Below are positions 51,633 through 64,000 of a stretch of DNA of 64,000 bases, piece by piece (position 1 is the stretch's first letter; every line of letters starts with the position of its first letter). This stretch comes from Marsupella aquatica (lineage: Eukaryota; Plantae; Marchantiophyta): NCBI GenBank assembly GCA_973895155.1, contig OZ316893.1:16956645-17020644 (forward strand), in the 5' to 3' direction. The position numbers and the translations under genes were made by a program. The notes under the pieces were generated by a model. It was not told the DNA's origin. It searched no databases and saw only the letters and a list, made by a program, of their open reading frames with translations.

Positions 51633-53665
51633 TGTAAGTAGAGTTATTTAACAATGTGTGACTATTTGTATATGGATTACTCATTCTTGTTAGGCTACGA
51701 CTTAGTTCTAGTTAACCCTTAGTTAACCCTTGTGGTTTTTAGGGGGAGACCTGGTTTGGTGATTGTCTAGAACTTCCCGCTGAGGATTCCATATGATAGC
51801 ATTTAGTTCAGTCCCCAAGACAAGAGTCAAGGGGGAGTTTGTTAGATATTGCTCTAGTCTTGTGACTCATGAGCTAACCACAGTTAGTCTAACTGGGGTT
51901 AGGACTTAGCTAATGTTAGCGGTAGTGCTGGTGTGCATATAGCCAGGGCTGATGTCAGACCCTAGTGGAACTTAGGCTCATTGTTACGGAGCTAGTTGAG
52001 AGATAGGGAGAGCTTGTGCTATGGATGCTTGGTATGGCCGGTCGGCCTAGAGTGCAGTAAAGCTCTTGTGTGTTCCCGTGGACGTAGCCTCATGTGGAGG
52101 TGAACCACGTATCTCTCTATGTCGACTATTGTGCGTTGGATGGTTCATGGGCTTGCCATTGCGAATGTCGTCTATGCTCAACACTCTCGTGCTGTGGAGC
52201 ATACTTCAAACAAGGATTATATGGACATTCTACCAGCCACGGGTGTTGAAGTGGTTTCTTTGTAGGGTGGTTCTGATATCGAGATGTCAAAATATGAAGA
52301 ATATATTTCCAAGAGTCAGCTAAAGAAGGAGCAAGCACGCAAGCTAGAACTTTGAACTCCACCTGCTGACCAAAAGAAGAAAGATAAAAAGGGTGATAAC
52401 AAGAATGGCTGTTCTCTTGCCCCGGACTCTTCAATTTGGACACGCTCGGCAACTAACTCCAACTTGGCTGTTCCGGTTTTCCCGGGGCGCCGTGCTAAAT
52501 AAGTTGTGAGAGGAATTTGGATGGGCCTTCCTTAGAACTGTTGAATAGCATTTCTGCTGGGATGGCCTCTCTTGTTTGTAGCTACAGACGAGAGTAGAAA
52601 GAACTTGGTGACTACGGAAATGGGAAATGAATTGTATATAGCTTCATGGAATGTTTGTGGCCTGTGCAAATCAAACAGGAAACATGTGGTGAAAAACTAG
52701 ATTACCTCGCTTAACACCTCACTGATTGCCTTAGCTTTACAAGAGGTTAAAGCTGATAGATTTAGGCTAGATTTAGTGCTCCGATTGATCCTACCATCTT
52801 ATCAGTATTTCTCTACTGAGCCGAATGATGGTCGTGGGGGTACCTCTTTACTTATTCACTCCTCCCTTTCTATCACACATTCTGGTGTTGTGGACAAAGG
52901 CCGAGCTGTTTGGGTTAGAGTTACACACTCTACAGGTAACTTTGGATTAGTTAGTGTCTATGCACCTAATCTTCCACGTGAACGTGCTCTATTGTGGCAT
53001 GAGCTCAAGATATCTCTACCTCATGACAACTGGATTATTTGTGGGGATTTCAACATGGTTGGAAGCAGCCTTGATTTGTCTGGATCATCACCACTGATCA
53101 GAGGGAGAGGCAGAATTCTAGAGGTTTTTTAAAAGGAGGCTTGATTGGAGGATGCTATTGGTGTTAATCAGAGTATTTGTGGCGCCAATTTCACTTGGAG
53201 ACGGAAGATCAATGGGATAATTGTGCAGTCAAGACTTCATTGCTTTTATCTCAGTGGAAAGAGTTGGTGGACAGATGTTGTTGAAGAACTACGTCATGAC
53301 AGAGGATCAGCCCTTTTGGATCATGACCCAATTATTCTTCGCTTCCGTCTCTCCAATGTGGAGACTGGAATGACCACAGGTAAATTGTCCTACTTCAAGG
53401 CTAATGCGGGGATGCTCAGAATTGAAGGCTGTTTGGATAAACTTTGCTCTACATGGGAGGCGCAAGAAGAATTGTTGGATGATCCTCACCTTTGTTTACC
53501 TGGTTAGCTTAAGATTGAGGGCAAAATACAAGGAACTACAATCTGCGCCCCTTGCTCGAGAGGTGGAAATCACTCTTTTGAGAGATCGACTTAGAGCACT
53601 TAAGGTTGCCCTTATTAGTTCACGATCAGATTCAAACATCAAAGATTTTGCTATAATGGATGATC

Positions 53666-56600
53666 TGTTATAACATGATATGTAGATTACACTCCAAGTG
53701 GACTTTACTTTACACTCTAAGTAACCCTTAGAAGTTAGGACAGTTACCCAACTGCCCTCATATGTAACTCATGTATACACTCATTCCTAATAGAAGTGGC
53801 ATTGGATTGTTGGTGAAGATATCGAGTAAAACACATTATCAGCACGAGCTGGTTGGAGACATAAATTGTTTTTAGGAAGGATGTGGTGAGCAATTCACTT
53901 TTGCACAAACTCTATCTTTGGGGCCAATCGGGAGAATGTATGAGGAGAGGATAGGATAATCCATGGGGAGATTCCAGACAAGAACATATCAATTAACATA
54001 CAAGTTTTTGATGCCACTAAAAGAAGGTGATCAATTTCATTACATTTCTTCTTGATAACGAAGGTTATCAAATCATTCATACTTGCTCAGTATTCACAGG
54101 GATTTAGCCATGAATTCCATGGAGAAATTACACTTCCAAGCACTAGCAATTGATGGAGAAAATTATTTATCTTGGTCTTTAGATGTGGAAGCACATCTCG
54201 CCTCCAAAAATCTACAGGAAACTATCTTGACTGATGCAGGGACAACGTAAGTTACAACAGAAGGCTCAGGCCTTAATACTTATAAGGCATCATCTTGCCA
54301 AACCTCTTAAGATACAATATCTAAATCATTATAATCCTGGAGTTCTATGGGATGAACTACAATTGAGATTTGATCATATGCGCGCAATCTCCCTCCCCAC
54401 AGCCCGCCACGACTGGATAAATCTGCGCGTACAAGACCACAACACAATTGCAAGTTACAATAGCGAATTGTTTTGCATTACTTCGCAATTAGCTGTTTGT
54501 GGTAACCTTGTTGACGACCAAGAACAAATTGAGAAGACTATCTACTTTTCACGTAACTAACATAGTTCTCGCCTCTCAATACCAAAATATGAATTTCACC
54601 AGATACGCACAACTGATCTCACATATGCTGCTTGCGGAGAAGCACCAAATCCTCCTGCTACATAATGCAAGAACTTGACCACCAGGGAGCGCAACTCCTC
54701 CCCCTAAACCAGAGACTCACCTGGTTGAGTCTACCTATAGATCTAGAGGACACGGATGCGGGAACTTCAGGGGGAGCAGGGGTCGCCCACTGGGACGAGG
54801 ACGCTACCAAGTATCAAGTGGCAGAGGGAGAGGTCGAGTGGAATTCCAAGATAATTACCAAGGCAACAATTGGAATAGAAAGGGAGGGCTGGCCAAGGAT
54901 GGAACCAAGGCAAAGGCTACCCAACATACACCAGAGATAAGTTCTCTCCACACCCTTGTTTTCGCTGCGCCACGAAAGGGCATTTACAGAAAGCATGTAG
55001 AGCCCCAACACACTTAGTAAAGCTGTATAAAGAGAGCATGAATAGACAAAATCAGGAGGCACAAGGAAATTTCATGGAAATCCCAGAAAGCATAGAAACA
55101 TATAGAATCAACCCGGTCATGCCTGAAACACAGCTTGCTCACCTAGATATACAGTCAAAACATTCTTCTGACCCCTCCAACTGCATAGTAGACAGTGGGA
55201 CCTCCCACTCAATACTTATGACCCGTAAATTCTTTGACCAGATTGCCAAGTCCAATAGAGCAATAACCACAATTACAGGCACGAATCATATTGAGGAAAG
55301 GAATGGTCCAGCAACTGTTTGATTCCCTCAAGGGACAGTTATCAAAATTGCCTTGGCCATATATGCACCCAAAGCCACCAGAACCTGACCAGTTTCAGGG
55401 ACATAAGAGCAAATGATTTGCACATCTATACCAGTCGAACCAAACAAGGCAAAGTCCTCCATATCATAGAGAAAAATCCTAGCGGGATGCAAATCCGCGA
55501 AACGTTATCAATACACCCCCAGGGCTATACATAACTACCATACAAGCAGTACATACAGAAATTGCCATCCCAAACCTCATAGTGAGATGGCACATGCAAT
55601 CGCCTAGGCCATCCAGGAACAACGATGTACCATAATATTATTAGAGACACAGTAGGGATCCCACAAGGAGCACATCCATCATCATTGAGACAATACTGCC
55701 TTGCATGTTCACAGGGAAAACTGATTATAAAACCATCTATTTCAAAAGCAATACACTCAATTCCACAATTCCTTGAACGACTTCACACCAATGTCTGTGG
55801 GCCAATAGACCCTCCATTTGGCCCCTTTCATTTTTTCCTGGCCATTATTGATGCTTCATCAAAATGGTCCCAGGTCTCGCTCCTCTCCACACGGAACTTG
55901 GTGTTTCCTTGTATCCTGTCCCACATTCTGAAATTGAGACAACAATTCCATGATAATCCCATCAAAACTATAAGAGTTGACAATGCAGGCGAATTTACGT
56001 CAATTTTTTTTGATGATTTATGTGAAATGGCAGGTATCGATACACAATGTTCTGTACCCCATATACATTTCCAAAATGGAATAGCATAATCATTAATTAA
56101 GCAATTACAACTCATAGCAAGACCTCTTCTTATGCAAACTCAACTCCCTATGACTGCCTGGGGGCATGCCATAATTCATGCAACAACATTGCTTTGATAT
56201 AGACCTTTTGCTTTTAATACATAGACCCCACACTCCCTGGCATATGGACTACCACCAAATATTTCTCACCTACGTACATTTGGTTGCCTGGTCTTAGTAC
56301 CAATCTTGGGCCCAAAACGCACCAAGATGGGCCCCCAAAGACAAAGAGGAATATATGTTGGCTTTGACTCACCTTCCATTATACGTTTCCGGGAACCATC
56401 CACAATGGATGTATTTAAGGCAAGATTTCTTGACTGTGATTTCTTTGAGGACAAATTCCCTAGATTGACCACTACACAGATCACAGAAGACACCATACAA
56501 ACATTACAATGGCAGAACACCATTCCAATGGGAAATGACCCACACACTAGACAAGCTGACGAGGAAGTCAGACGCATCATTCACCTACATCAAATGCTCA

Positions 56601-59221
56601 AAAAACTACCGGATGCTTTCAATGATGCAACAGACGTGACACGATCACATACAGAGGCCGCAAATGTACCAGCAAGAATACAAGCACCAAGTCAAATATC
56701 GACCAAAGCAGCACCAAGGGCAAAGCATGGTCGCCCCATAGGCTCTCGAAATAGCCAACCTTGCCAGAGAAGGCCCACGGCTACCCCAACAAATGTATCA
56801 AGACCGGTACCATTTGTCCAATCTCCTACACAACAAGATGACAATCAGGAAATATCTATAAATTATATGCACACTGGCAAAATATGGCAAAGAAACATCA
56901 CTACGATAGATGACATATTTGCATATACAATATCAAAAGATATTACCAAAGAAATACCGGATCCTATTACAATACAAGAAGCGCAATCAAGAGACGATTG
57001 GCCTAAATGGGAAATAGCCATCAATTCTAAACTGGACTCTTTGATCCAGAGAGAGGTATTCGGCCCAATAATACCTACACCACTACACACACCACTTACT
57101 GGATATAAGTTTATATTCACAAAGAAAAGAAATGCGCAGGGAGAGGTAATAAGATATAAAGTCCGCCTGGTAGCAAAGGGCTACACTCAAATACCAGGCC
57201 AAGATTTGATCTTACCTACTCCCCTATAATGGACTCCATTACTTATAGATACATGATAGCATTCGCACTTACTCATAAATTGATGCTTCACATCTTAGAT
57301 GTGGTCACTGCTTACCTTTATGGAGTACTAGACACCACTATCTATATGAAAGCCCCACCTGAGTTGATCATGAGGATGAAATTTCATACTCAGGGGGAGC
57401 GGGCTATTCGCACATCCCCTGGTCTACAACTTGGGACAACAAGAAAAACTCCTACAGAGTACCATCAGATGAATACAAAAGAACCTTCAGTTCTTCATAA
57501 AGAAACTGTGGAACATACATTACCAGAAAACTGCAGACCTACAAAGACTTACAACACACAGTCTTCTACACAGACAGTAAGAAAAGCATATGCAGTACAA
57601 GTCTTACGCTCTATGTATGGCCTTAAGCAGAGCGGCCGCACATGGTATAAAAGATTTAAAGCAGAAATGTTAGCACTGAACTTTGTTAACGATGATATAG
57701 CTCCTTGTCTTTTCCTGAAACAAACCGGAACTGAATATATAATTGTCGCTATACATGTAGATGACATCAACATCTTTGGTACGCCTATTATAGTTAAAGA
57801 AACCATAGAAACACTGAAACATATTTTTCAAATGCGGGATCTTGGAGAGCCCAAATACTGTCTTGGACTTCAGTTTGATTATGTGCAGGGTGGCATTCTA
57901 ATCAACCAAACAATGTACACGAAGAAGATACTCAAACAATTCAACATGGACTATGCTCATCCGGTGAGTACTCCAATGGAACTGAGATTGCTCGATCCTA
58001 ATAAGGATACCTTCAAGAAGAGAATAGAAGCAGAGCCAACACTTGGACCAGAAAAGCCATACCTTTCAGCAATCGTGGCTCTAATGTACCTCGCAAACCA
58101 AACACGCCCCGACATCTCATTTGTTGTCAATCTTTTGGCACGGCATAGTTCACAGCCAACTTGGAATGGCATAAAGCGAGTTTTTCGATACTTACAAGGA
58201 ACGGCCAACTTGGGACTATTCTTTCTCGACAATGCCAACAGCAAACTGACAGGATTTGCTGATGCTGGCTACCTCTTAGACCCTGATGATGCCAAATTGC
58301 AAACTGGCTACGTCTTTCTTCAAGGAAACACAACCATATCCTGGCAGAGCTCCAAACAAACACTTACGACCACCTCCTCTAATCATGTAGAGATCATAGC
58401 ACTCTACAAGGCCAGTCGTGAGTGTATATGGCTCAGACAACTGGTCGATCATATAAACAAGAATACAGGTCGACCGCTCTTAAACACACCGACTATAATC
58501 TACAAAGACAACCGACCGTGTGTCGATCAAGTTACACACGGCTTCATCAAAGGTGATCGAATAAAGCACATTGCGCCAAAAAAATTCTACACCCACGAAC
58601 AACACGATGACAAGATCCAAGTTTGATGGATTTCAAGTAAAGAAAACCGAGCAGACCTTTTCACCAAGCCACTCCCTACTGCTCTCCATCAAGAACATGC
58701 ATTTGGTATCGGGATGCGCAGACTCTCCACACTTTTACAGACAGCCGATTAGCCTGATGTTTTCTAACGCAAAACATTCAAACCCTAACTTGTAATACAC
58801 TCGATACTACTCGATAGTGTCCCAATACTGTTACACTAAACACTACTCGATAATCCTCACACATGACATTACTTACCGACTTTACGCTTACTATAAAATG
58901 ACCCTATGACATGTAAAGTAGTGGCACTCTTTCCTTCAGAAGAAAGTGGGAAGGTTTTAAGGAGACCATACTAAAATATAGGGATCAAATTAAACACTTA
59001 GAGTTACAATCTACATATAGTGGCTCTTTTATACACCAATAAAAGAACCAAGGGGAGTGTTATAACATGTAGATTACACTCCAAGTGGACTTTACTTTAC
59101 ACTCTAAGTAACCCTTAGAAGTTAGGACAGTTACTCAACTGCCTTCATATGTAACTCATATATACATTCATTCCCTAATAGAAGTGGCATTGGATTGTTG
59201 GTGAAGATATCGAGTAAAACA
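53666..59221 (+). mobile_element. Full-length Ty1/Copia element D (Bianca-like, different family from C)
   Basis: LTRs at 53666-53833 and 59058-59221. TSD TGATC. PBS CATTATCAGCACGA. PPT AAGGGGAG. Confidence 0.95.
54110..58752 (+). pseudogene. Copia D gag-pol, degenerate
   Basis: IVDSGTSH, RVDNAGEF, YKVRLVAKGYTQ, YGLKQSGR, HVDDI, GFADAGY, ADLFTK. Many stops and frameshifts. Confidence 0.92.
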
Positions 59222-62200
59222 TGATCAAGTAAGAACAGCTGAACACGAGGAAGCGCAAATGGGCAGGAGACTTTCACGGATCAAATGGCTGGGGCAGGGA
59301 GATGAACCATCCAAGTTTTACTTTGCTACGGTAAAAGCTAAAAGGCTCAGAGGAAACATGTCAATGCTACTTCTTGATAATGGCGAGACACTAACTCAAG
59401 AGGATAAGATCTTGAAAGAAGTAGAAAAACAATTTTGTGCTCTTTATGAGGCATCGGTGGATCTTGCTTTTAGCACTTCGCGCCAGGTCAAAGAGGATAG
59501 GCAAAAACTTTTTGCTAACACAGGTAAGACTCTTACGGCTGCTGAAATAAGGCTACTGGAATCCCCCCCTTTGATGGAGGAGCTTTGTACTACTCTCTGG
59601 TTGCTTCCGGCTGACAAAGCACCGGGACCTGATGGTATCACTGCCGAAGTGTACAGAGCCTGCTGGCACTTTATGAAAGAAGACATGTTTGAGATGATTC
59701 TAGACTTCTGGAGAACAGGAAAATTATTGGCTAACATGAAGGAAGGTGTGATCAAGTTGATCCCGAAGAAACCCGATAAACAATGTCTGAAGGATTGGCG
59801 CCCTCTTACCATGCTCAATACGATCTATAAAATTGTGGCAAAGATCTTGGCCTTACGCCTTAAACCCCTTATGCACAAGCTTATTAGTCCTCACCAAACT
59901 GGCTTCATTCCGGGCAGGCACATTCTAGAAAACATATATGTTGCCTGGCTGACTGTTGATTGGATACGAGTCAACAAGAAAAGCTCTCTTTTTCTTATGT
60001 TGGACTTCGAGAAGGCCTTCAACAAAGTCTGCCATTCTTACATCTGGGAAGCCATGCATTGGCTCGGACTAGGTAGTCATTTCATTAGTCTGGTGAGATC
60101 CTTATTCACGGGTGCTAGCTCCAAGGTACATTTAAATGGTTTGTTCTCTCAAGAAATTCAACTGCTCCATGGTGTGCGTCAAGGATGCCCGTTATCACCT
60201 CTTCTATTTGCAATTGCTACTCAACCTCTCATGGACTATCTGGACTAGGAGATCCTGCATGGAAGACTGAGAGGTATACAAATCTCTGATGCCCTCATGA
60301 TCTGCTATAGATTGTTCGCAGATGATCTTGGATTATTCATTCCTGCATCTGAAGAAGACTTCAATAAGGTCACGGAAGCCATTGCTTGCTACGAACTAGC
60401 CTCTGGTGCTAGGCTTAATTTATGCAAGTCCACTGTCATACCTCTTGCGATGGATGTGATTCCGGACTGGCTGGTTAACACTGGATGCAAGATCAGCGGT
60501 AAGGGGGAAATCCAGAGATACCTTGGTGCACCTATGGGCTGGGACCTTTCCTCCTCGCAACTCCACACTTTTTGTCTGGATAAGATAAGTGCTCAACTTT
60601 CTGCCTGGGCCACTCATTTTCTTTCTTTCATAGGGCGCACCATTCTTGTTAAGCATGTACTGCAAGCAATCCCCATCTACCACATGATGTTCCTCCGAAG
60701 CTCCAATACTTTGGTGAAGACTTTGGTGGCTCTTTGCAGGGATTTCCTTTGGGGATATAATGTGAACGGAGGACCACAAATTCCTCTTATAGTGTGGAAG
60801 ACGATGGCACGGAATAAGGTGGATGGCGGCCTTGGCTTTAAGGCCTTTTGCAGTCACTCTGACGCTTTAATCTGCCAATGGTTCACTCGTGCTCTGGATT
60901 CGCAAGTCTATGAATGGGCTAGGCTTTTTGGCGAGAATTTGAAATTGGCAAAGTGGAGAAACGCAAAGAATATTAGGAGAAATGGATACTCCCTCACTGA
61001 TAGTCTGTTGCTTTGTTATCCTCGTTCTTTCGGTTGTCTCCATTACACGGGTTGTCTGTGGAAAGCTTGGGATACTCTCCGTTTGCTTCTCCGGGTTCTT
61101 CTGGCGTGGCCAGTTGGTGGAGCGTGGAGGATGTGGTGAGATGTTTGGAAGATGTTCAACACTTGCAGGATGACATGATTTGCTCGATTCTTAAGATGTG
61201 TGGAAGGATTGGCGTCAAGACGATGTCAGATTTAAATGGTCCTCATGATTTGGTTGTTGGGACCTTTCTACCAAAGTAGCAAGAATACGTGGTTCTGATG
61301 CTGCTACTAGAAAGCTTTGCTTAGCTTTGGTGGACAAAATCAAAGACACTGCGGATTGCTTAGGAGACCTTAAAGCTCGTGCTGCCCAATGGTTCTCGTC
61401 TGACAAACATGAACATCTGAAATGATTCACCCTGCCCAATGCTTGCATGTATCATCTGATTCGACTTAAAGGCTCGGATTCTCTGAGGCTTAACAGGATT
61501 TGGAGCATCTTTCTATCCGACCTCGATTGGAACAAATTCTGGAATGCTCTTTGATCTTCTGATTTACTATTAAAAGCCCGCATTTTTCTCTGGAGGATTG
61601 CAGCTCAAGGATGATTCACTTGGGTTCGAGCTAGCAAGATAGGTAAAGGAGATGGAAGCTGTCTACTTTGCATCAACGTTCTAGAAACAATTCCCTACCC
61701 ATTCTTCAATTGCCCCTTTGCTAAGAGGTGTTGGCAACTGGTCTGGTGGACTTTTCCTGGAGTCACTTCTTGGCGACACTTGAATTTATTCTCTGTCTTG
61801 GAGGTCACCGGTTGCACTCAAATTGATAGCACCATTCGTGTTTTTTTGGTTTACCACGTGCTTTGGGTTCTTTGGCTTGCACGGAATGAGCAACTCTTTA
61901 ATCGCACTAACAGTAGAAAATTTAACTTGAATCTACTCCTTTCAAAAATGTTGGACTCCTTGCACAGCCTCCAAGAAGCCTCGGGTCCAATAAAAACATA
62001 CTAAATTACTGAGAGTCAAAGTTATAGTTAGTCAAGAAAGTCTTAGGTGGATCACACTTTCGGATGCGTGGCTTTCTAGTTGAAGTAGTCATAGCTTACA
62101 CACTTCTCCTTGGATTCTGTTTTTCCCTGCTTGGTCCACACCTTTTGTGCCCTTGCACCTTTGGGCTCTCTTGGTCTCACCTATGTGGCGTTTTGCTGCC

Positions 62201-62759
62201 TCTGTTTTTGTTGCCTTGTTGGGCCCCCCTTCCCGTGTGTTTTTGAGGGTTTTATTTAGTGGAAAAGAAAAAATTAAAAATTAAATAAAAAATTAAAAAA
62301 TTCGTTGCTCTTCTTTCCCCTCGTGGGTCAAGCATATCAACAACACCTCGGAGTTGCCAGAATTAGCTAACCTCTCTCCAGAGAGATCCTAACGAAAAAC
62401 CAAAGTGGCTACACGTATCAGAATTGATGGTGTCTTCTATGTTTCGAAACGAGAAGACGGACATTCGTCGATTCAAGATTTTCATTCCTACACAGACGAG
62501 TGAGAGCAGAGATTCTTAGCTTCTGAGACATTTTTTCTACACTTCCCAACAGAGCAAATTATGCAAAAGAGTAATACGTGTTGCCCCTGAAACCTGGGCA
62601 AGGAAGCATATGACAACGTGTATTACAACCGCGGAACGGCTCCCAGTGCTCCAACAGTGTACAAGCATTCCTTCTTAAAGGAGAAGAGTGTGATCCGATG
62701 ATTTTTTATAGGAGGGATATCGGAGAATTTAAAGACGCTATTCAGATTGGAGACTCCAG

Positions 62760-63740
62760 TTCCATCTCAACTTTGTTTTCCTGGTCTATAATATTGAAGA
62801 ATATTGGATCAACCTTGATGTCACTAGTTACGTGCACCTGCGACAGTCAAAGGCAAACATTAGGTTTTATTCGGTCCAGCAATCCCGTCACAGAGCACAA
62901 GAAACCAAGAAATAGAAAATTCTAGCGTACTTGTGTATATGAGACACAGAGAAACTCCATTGTCTTGCTCGACAAGCCACAATTGGTTTGATATTGTATC
63001 CTAGAAGAAAAGTAGATTTCTAGGAAGTGAGAATCTAGTATTTTGGTCATCGGCCACGCATCACCTGAAAGTTGTGAGTCCATTTCCACAATCGGGCACG
63101 GCCTGCTATTGTAACTACTGCGTGGAGATTCATTTCTCTCTTCGCGACGTCCGCGAAGAGATCTGTCACATGATTGGTCATCTCCAGTCCATCTAGCTTG
63201 CAAGGCACATACAGCACCTGCGAAGACTTTGCATCTTGACTTCCTTCTTCAACCTGCACACCAATCCTCTCTTATTAAAAGAAGATAGTCAGCCAAAATC
63301 TTATCTCACTGGGGCTTCCATGGCTTCTCCGGTAACACTAACAGTTGCCAGCGCTGGAAGATAGTTAGCCAAAATCTTATCTTACTGGGGATTCCATGGC
63401 TTCTCCGGTAACACTAACAGTTACCAGCTCTAGCAGTTGATTAGTCAACAGCCCAAGCTTATCTGCTGCTTACTCGGCATTTAATCGGTCAATGCTAAGC
63501 CATCTGCAAATGGCACTACACGAAGACGCCGAGTAGCTGAAAATAACGATACCACTGAGTCCTGTCACAGTGTGACGACAATCCTGTGTTTATTTCTTAG
63601 ACTATACATTCAAAGGATTAACTTGAAAATGTGCTCATCGATCCAAACGTATTCCTTGAAGTGATCCATCATCAACAGGACTTTATGGTCTCCCTTCACT
63701 TTGGACAAGGCAGGCTTGCCACGGAGATAGTCGTAAGCTG
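62760..63740 (-). other. Possible 3' exons of an unidentified multi-exon host gene
   Basis: Several short open segments bounded by pyrimidine-tract CAG acceptors (~63738, ~63537, ~63254) and GT donors, e.g. YDYLRGKPALSKVKGDHKVLLMMDHFKEYVWIDEHIF. No consistent model or product could be fixed. Confidence 0.3.
63281..63432. repeat. 76-bp tandem duplication (2 copies)
   Basis: GAAGATAGTYAGCCAAAATCTTATCTYACTGGGG... at 63281 and 63357. Confidence 0.9.
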
Positions 63741-64000
63741 AAAATTTGTATCAGAATCCACTCATGGAGAAAACTGGACAAACGGACCCTGGGAACTGTA
63801 AAATAATTCAGTGGCAACCTATTGGCAGCATCCAGATCGGAGAGAGACACCGAACAGAGACTTCTGATATGAGCTTTTGTGTGTGTGTGTGTGGGGAGGG
63901 GGGGGGGGAGGGTGCGTGGGGGGCGCTGGGGCTGACAATTCTAAAGACATCTTCGACTTAGGAGCAACCACCCAGATGACTCTTGGGAAGATGAGCAACT

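Larger units (their letters stand above)
45398..52183 (+). mobile_element. Full-length Ty1/Copia element B (Tnt1/Tork-like)
   Basis: 344-bp LTRs at 45398-45741 and 51840-52183 (~12 mismatches counted by eye). TSD CTCTC. PBS TGGTATCAGAGC 45744-45755. PPT AAGGGGGAG. Confidence 0.96.
52620..62004 (+). pseudogene. LINE-2 ORF2 (APE, RT, zf-RVT), split by Copia D
   Basis: ASWNVCGL, SVYAPN, GDFN; KAPGPDG, LDFEKAF, RQGCPLSP, LFADD. Stops and frameshifts. Confidence 0.9.
37750..62300 (+). mobile_element. L1-clade LINE (LINE-2), fragmented by Copia C, B and D; 5' UTR displaced by Copia A
   Basis: Segments 37750-37901, 43699-45397, 52189-53665 and 59227-62300. The frame is restored across TSDs (..NAPY|NLFDN; MDD|QVRT). 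A-rich tail 62263-62300. Homologous to LINE-1. Confidence 0.9.

Overview
Land-plant, TE-saturated DNA: (TTTAGGG)n repeat, GT-AG introns, plant-type Copia, LINE and CACTA families, and many nonsense changes consistent with C>T at CG/CHG. About 62 kb is one nested stack. An L1-like LINE (ORF1 ATG 37753, poly-A ~62300) is interrupted by four Ty1/Copia elements. One of these (minus strand, 27577-37749) holds a 4.6-kb TG..CA solo-LTR-like insert and is cut by a large Mutator-like (MULE) DNA transposon (<1 to ~27577). The MULE in turn holds a full-length CACTA (2006-11847) and a full-length LINE (16373-23786). Removing those two inserts at their TSDs restores two divergent genes: a GCM-like/DDE/SWIM transposase, and a spliced ParB/Srx-domain plus beta-class amino-DNA-methyltransferase-fold gene. 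The MULE's introns and intergenic DNA carry 15 copies of the palindrome AGCGCCNGGCGCT. The CACTA carries a SET-domain exon inside its transposase transcription unit. The last 1.7 kb may be a host gene fragment. All domain calls come from manual motif recognition, not database searches.
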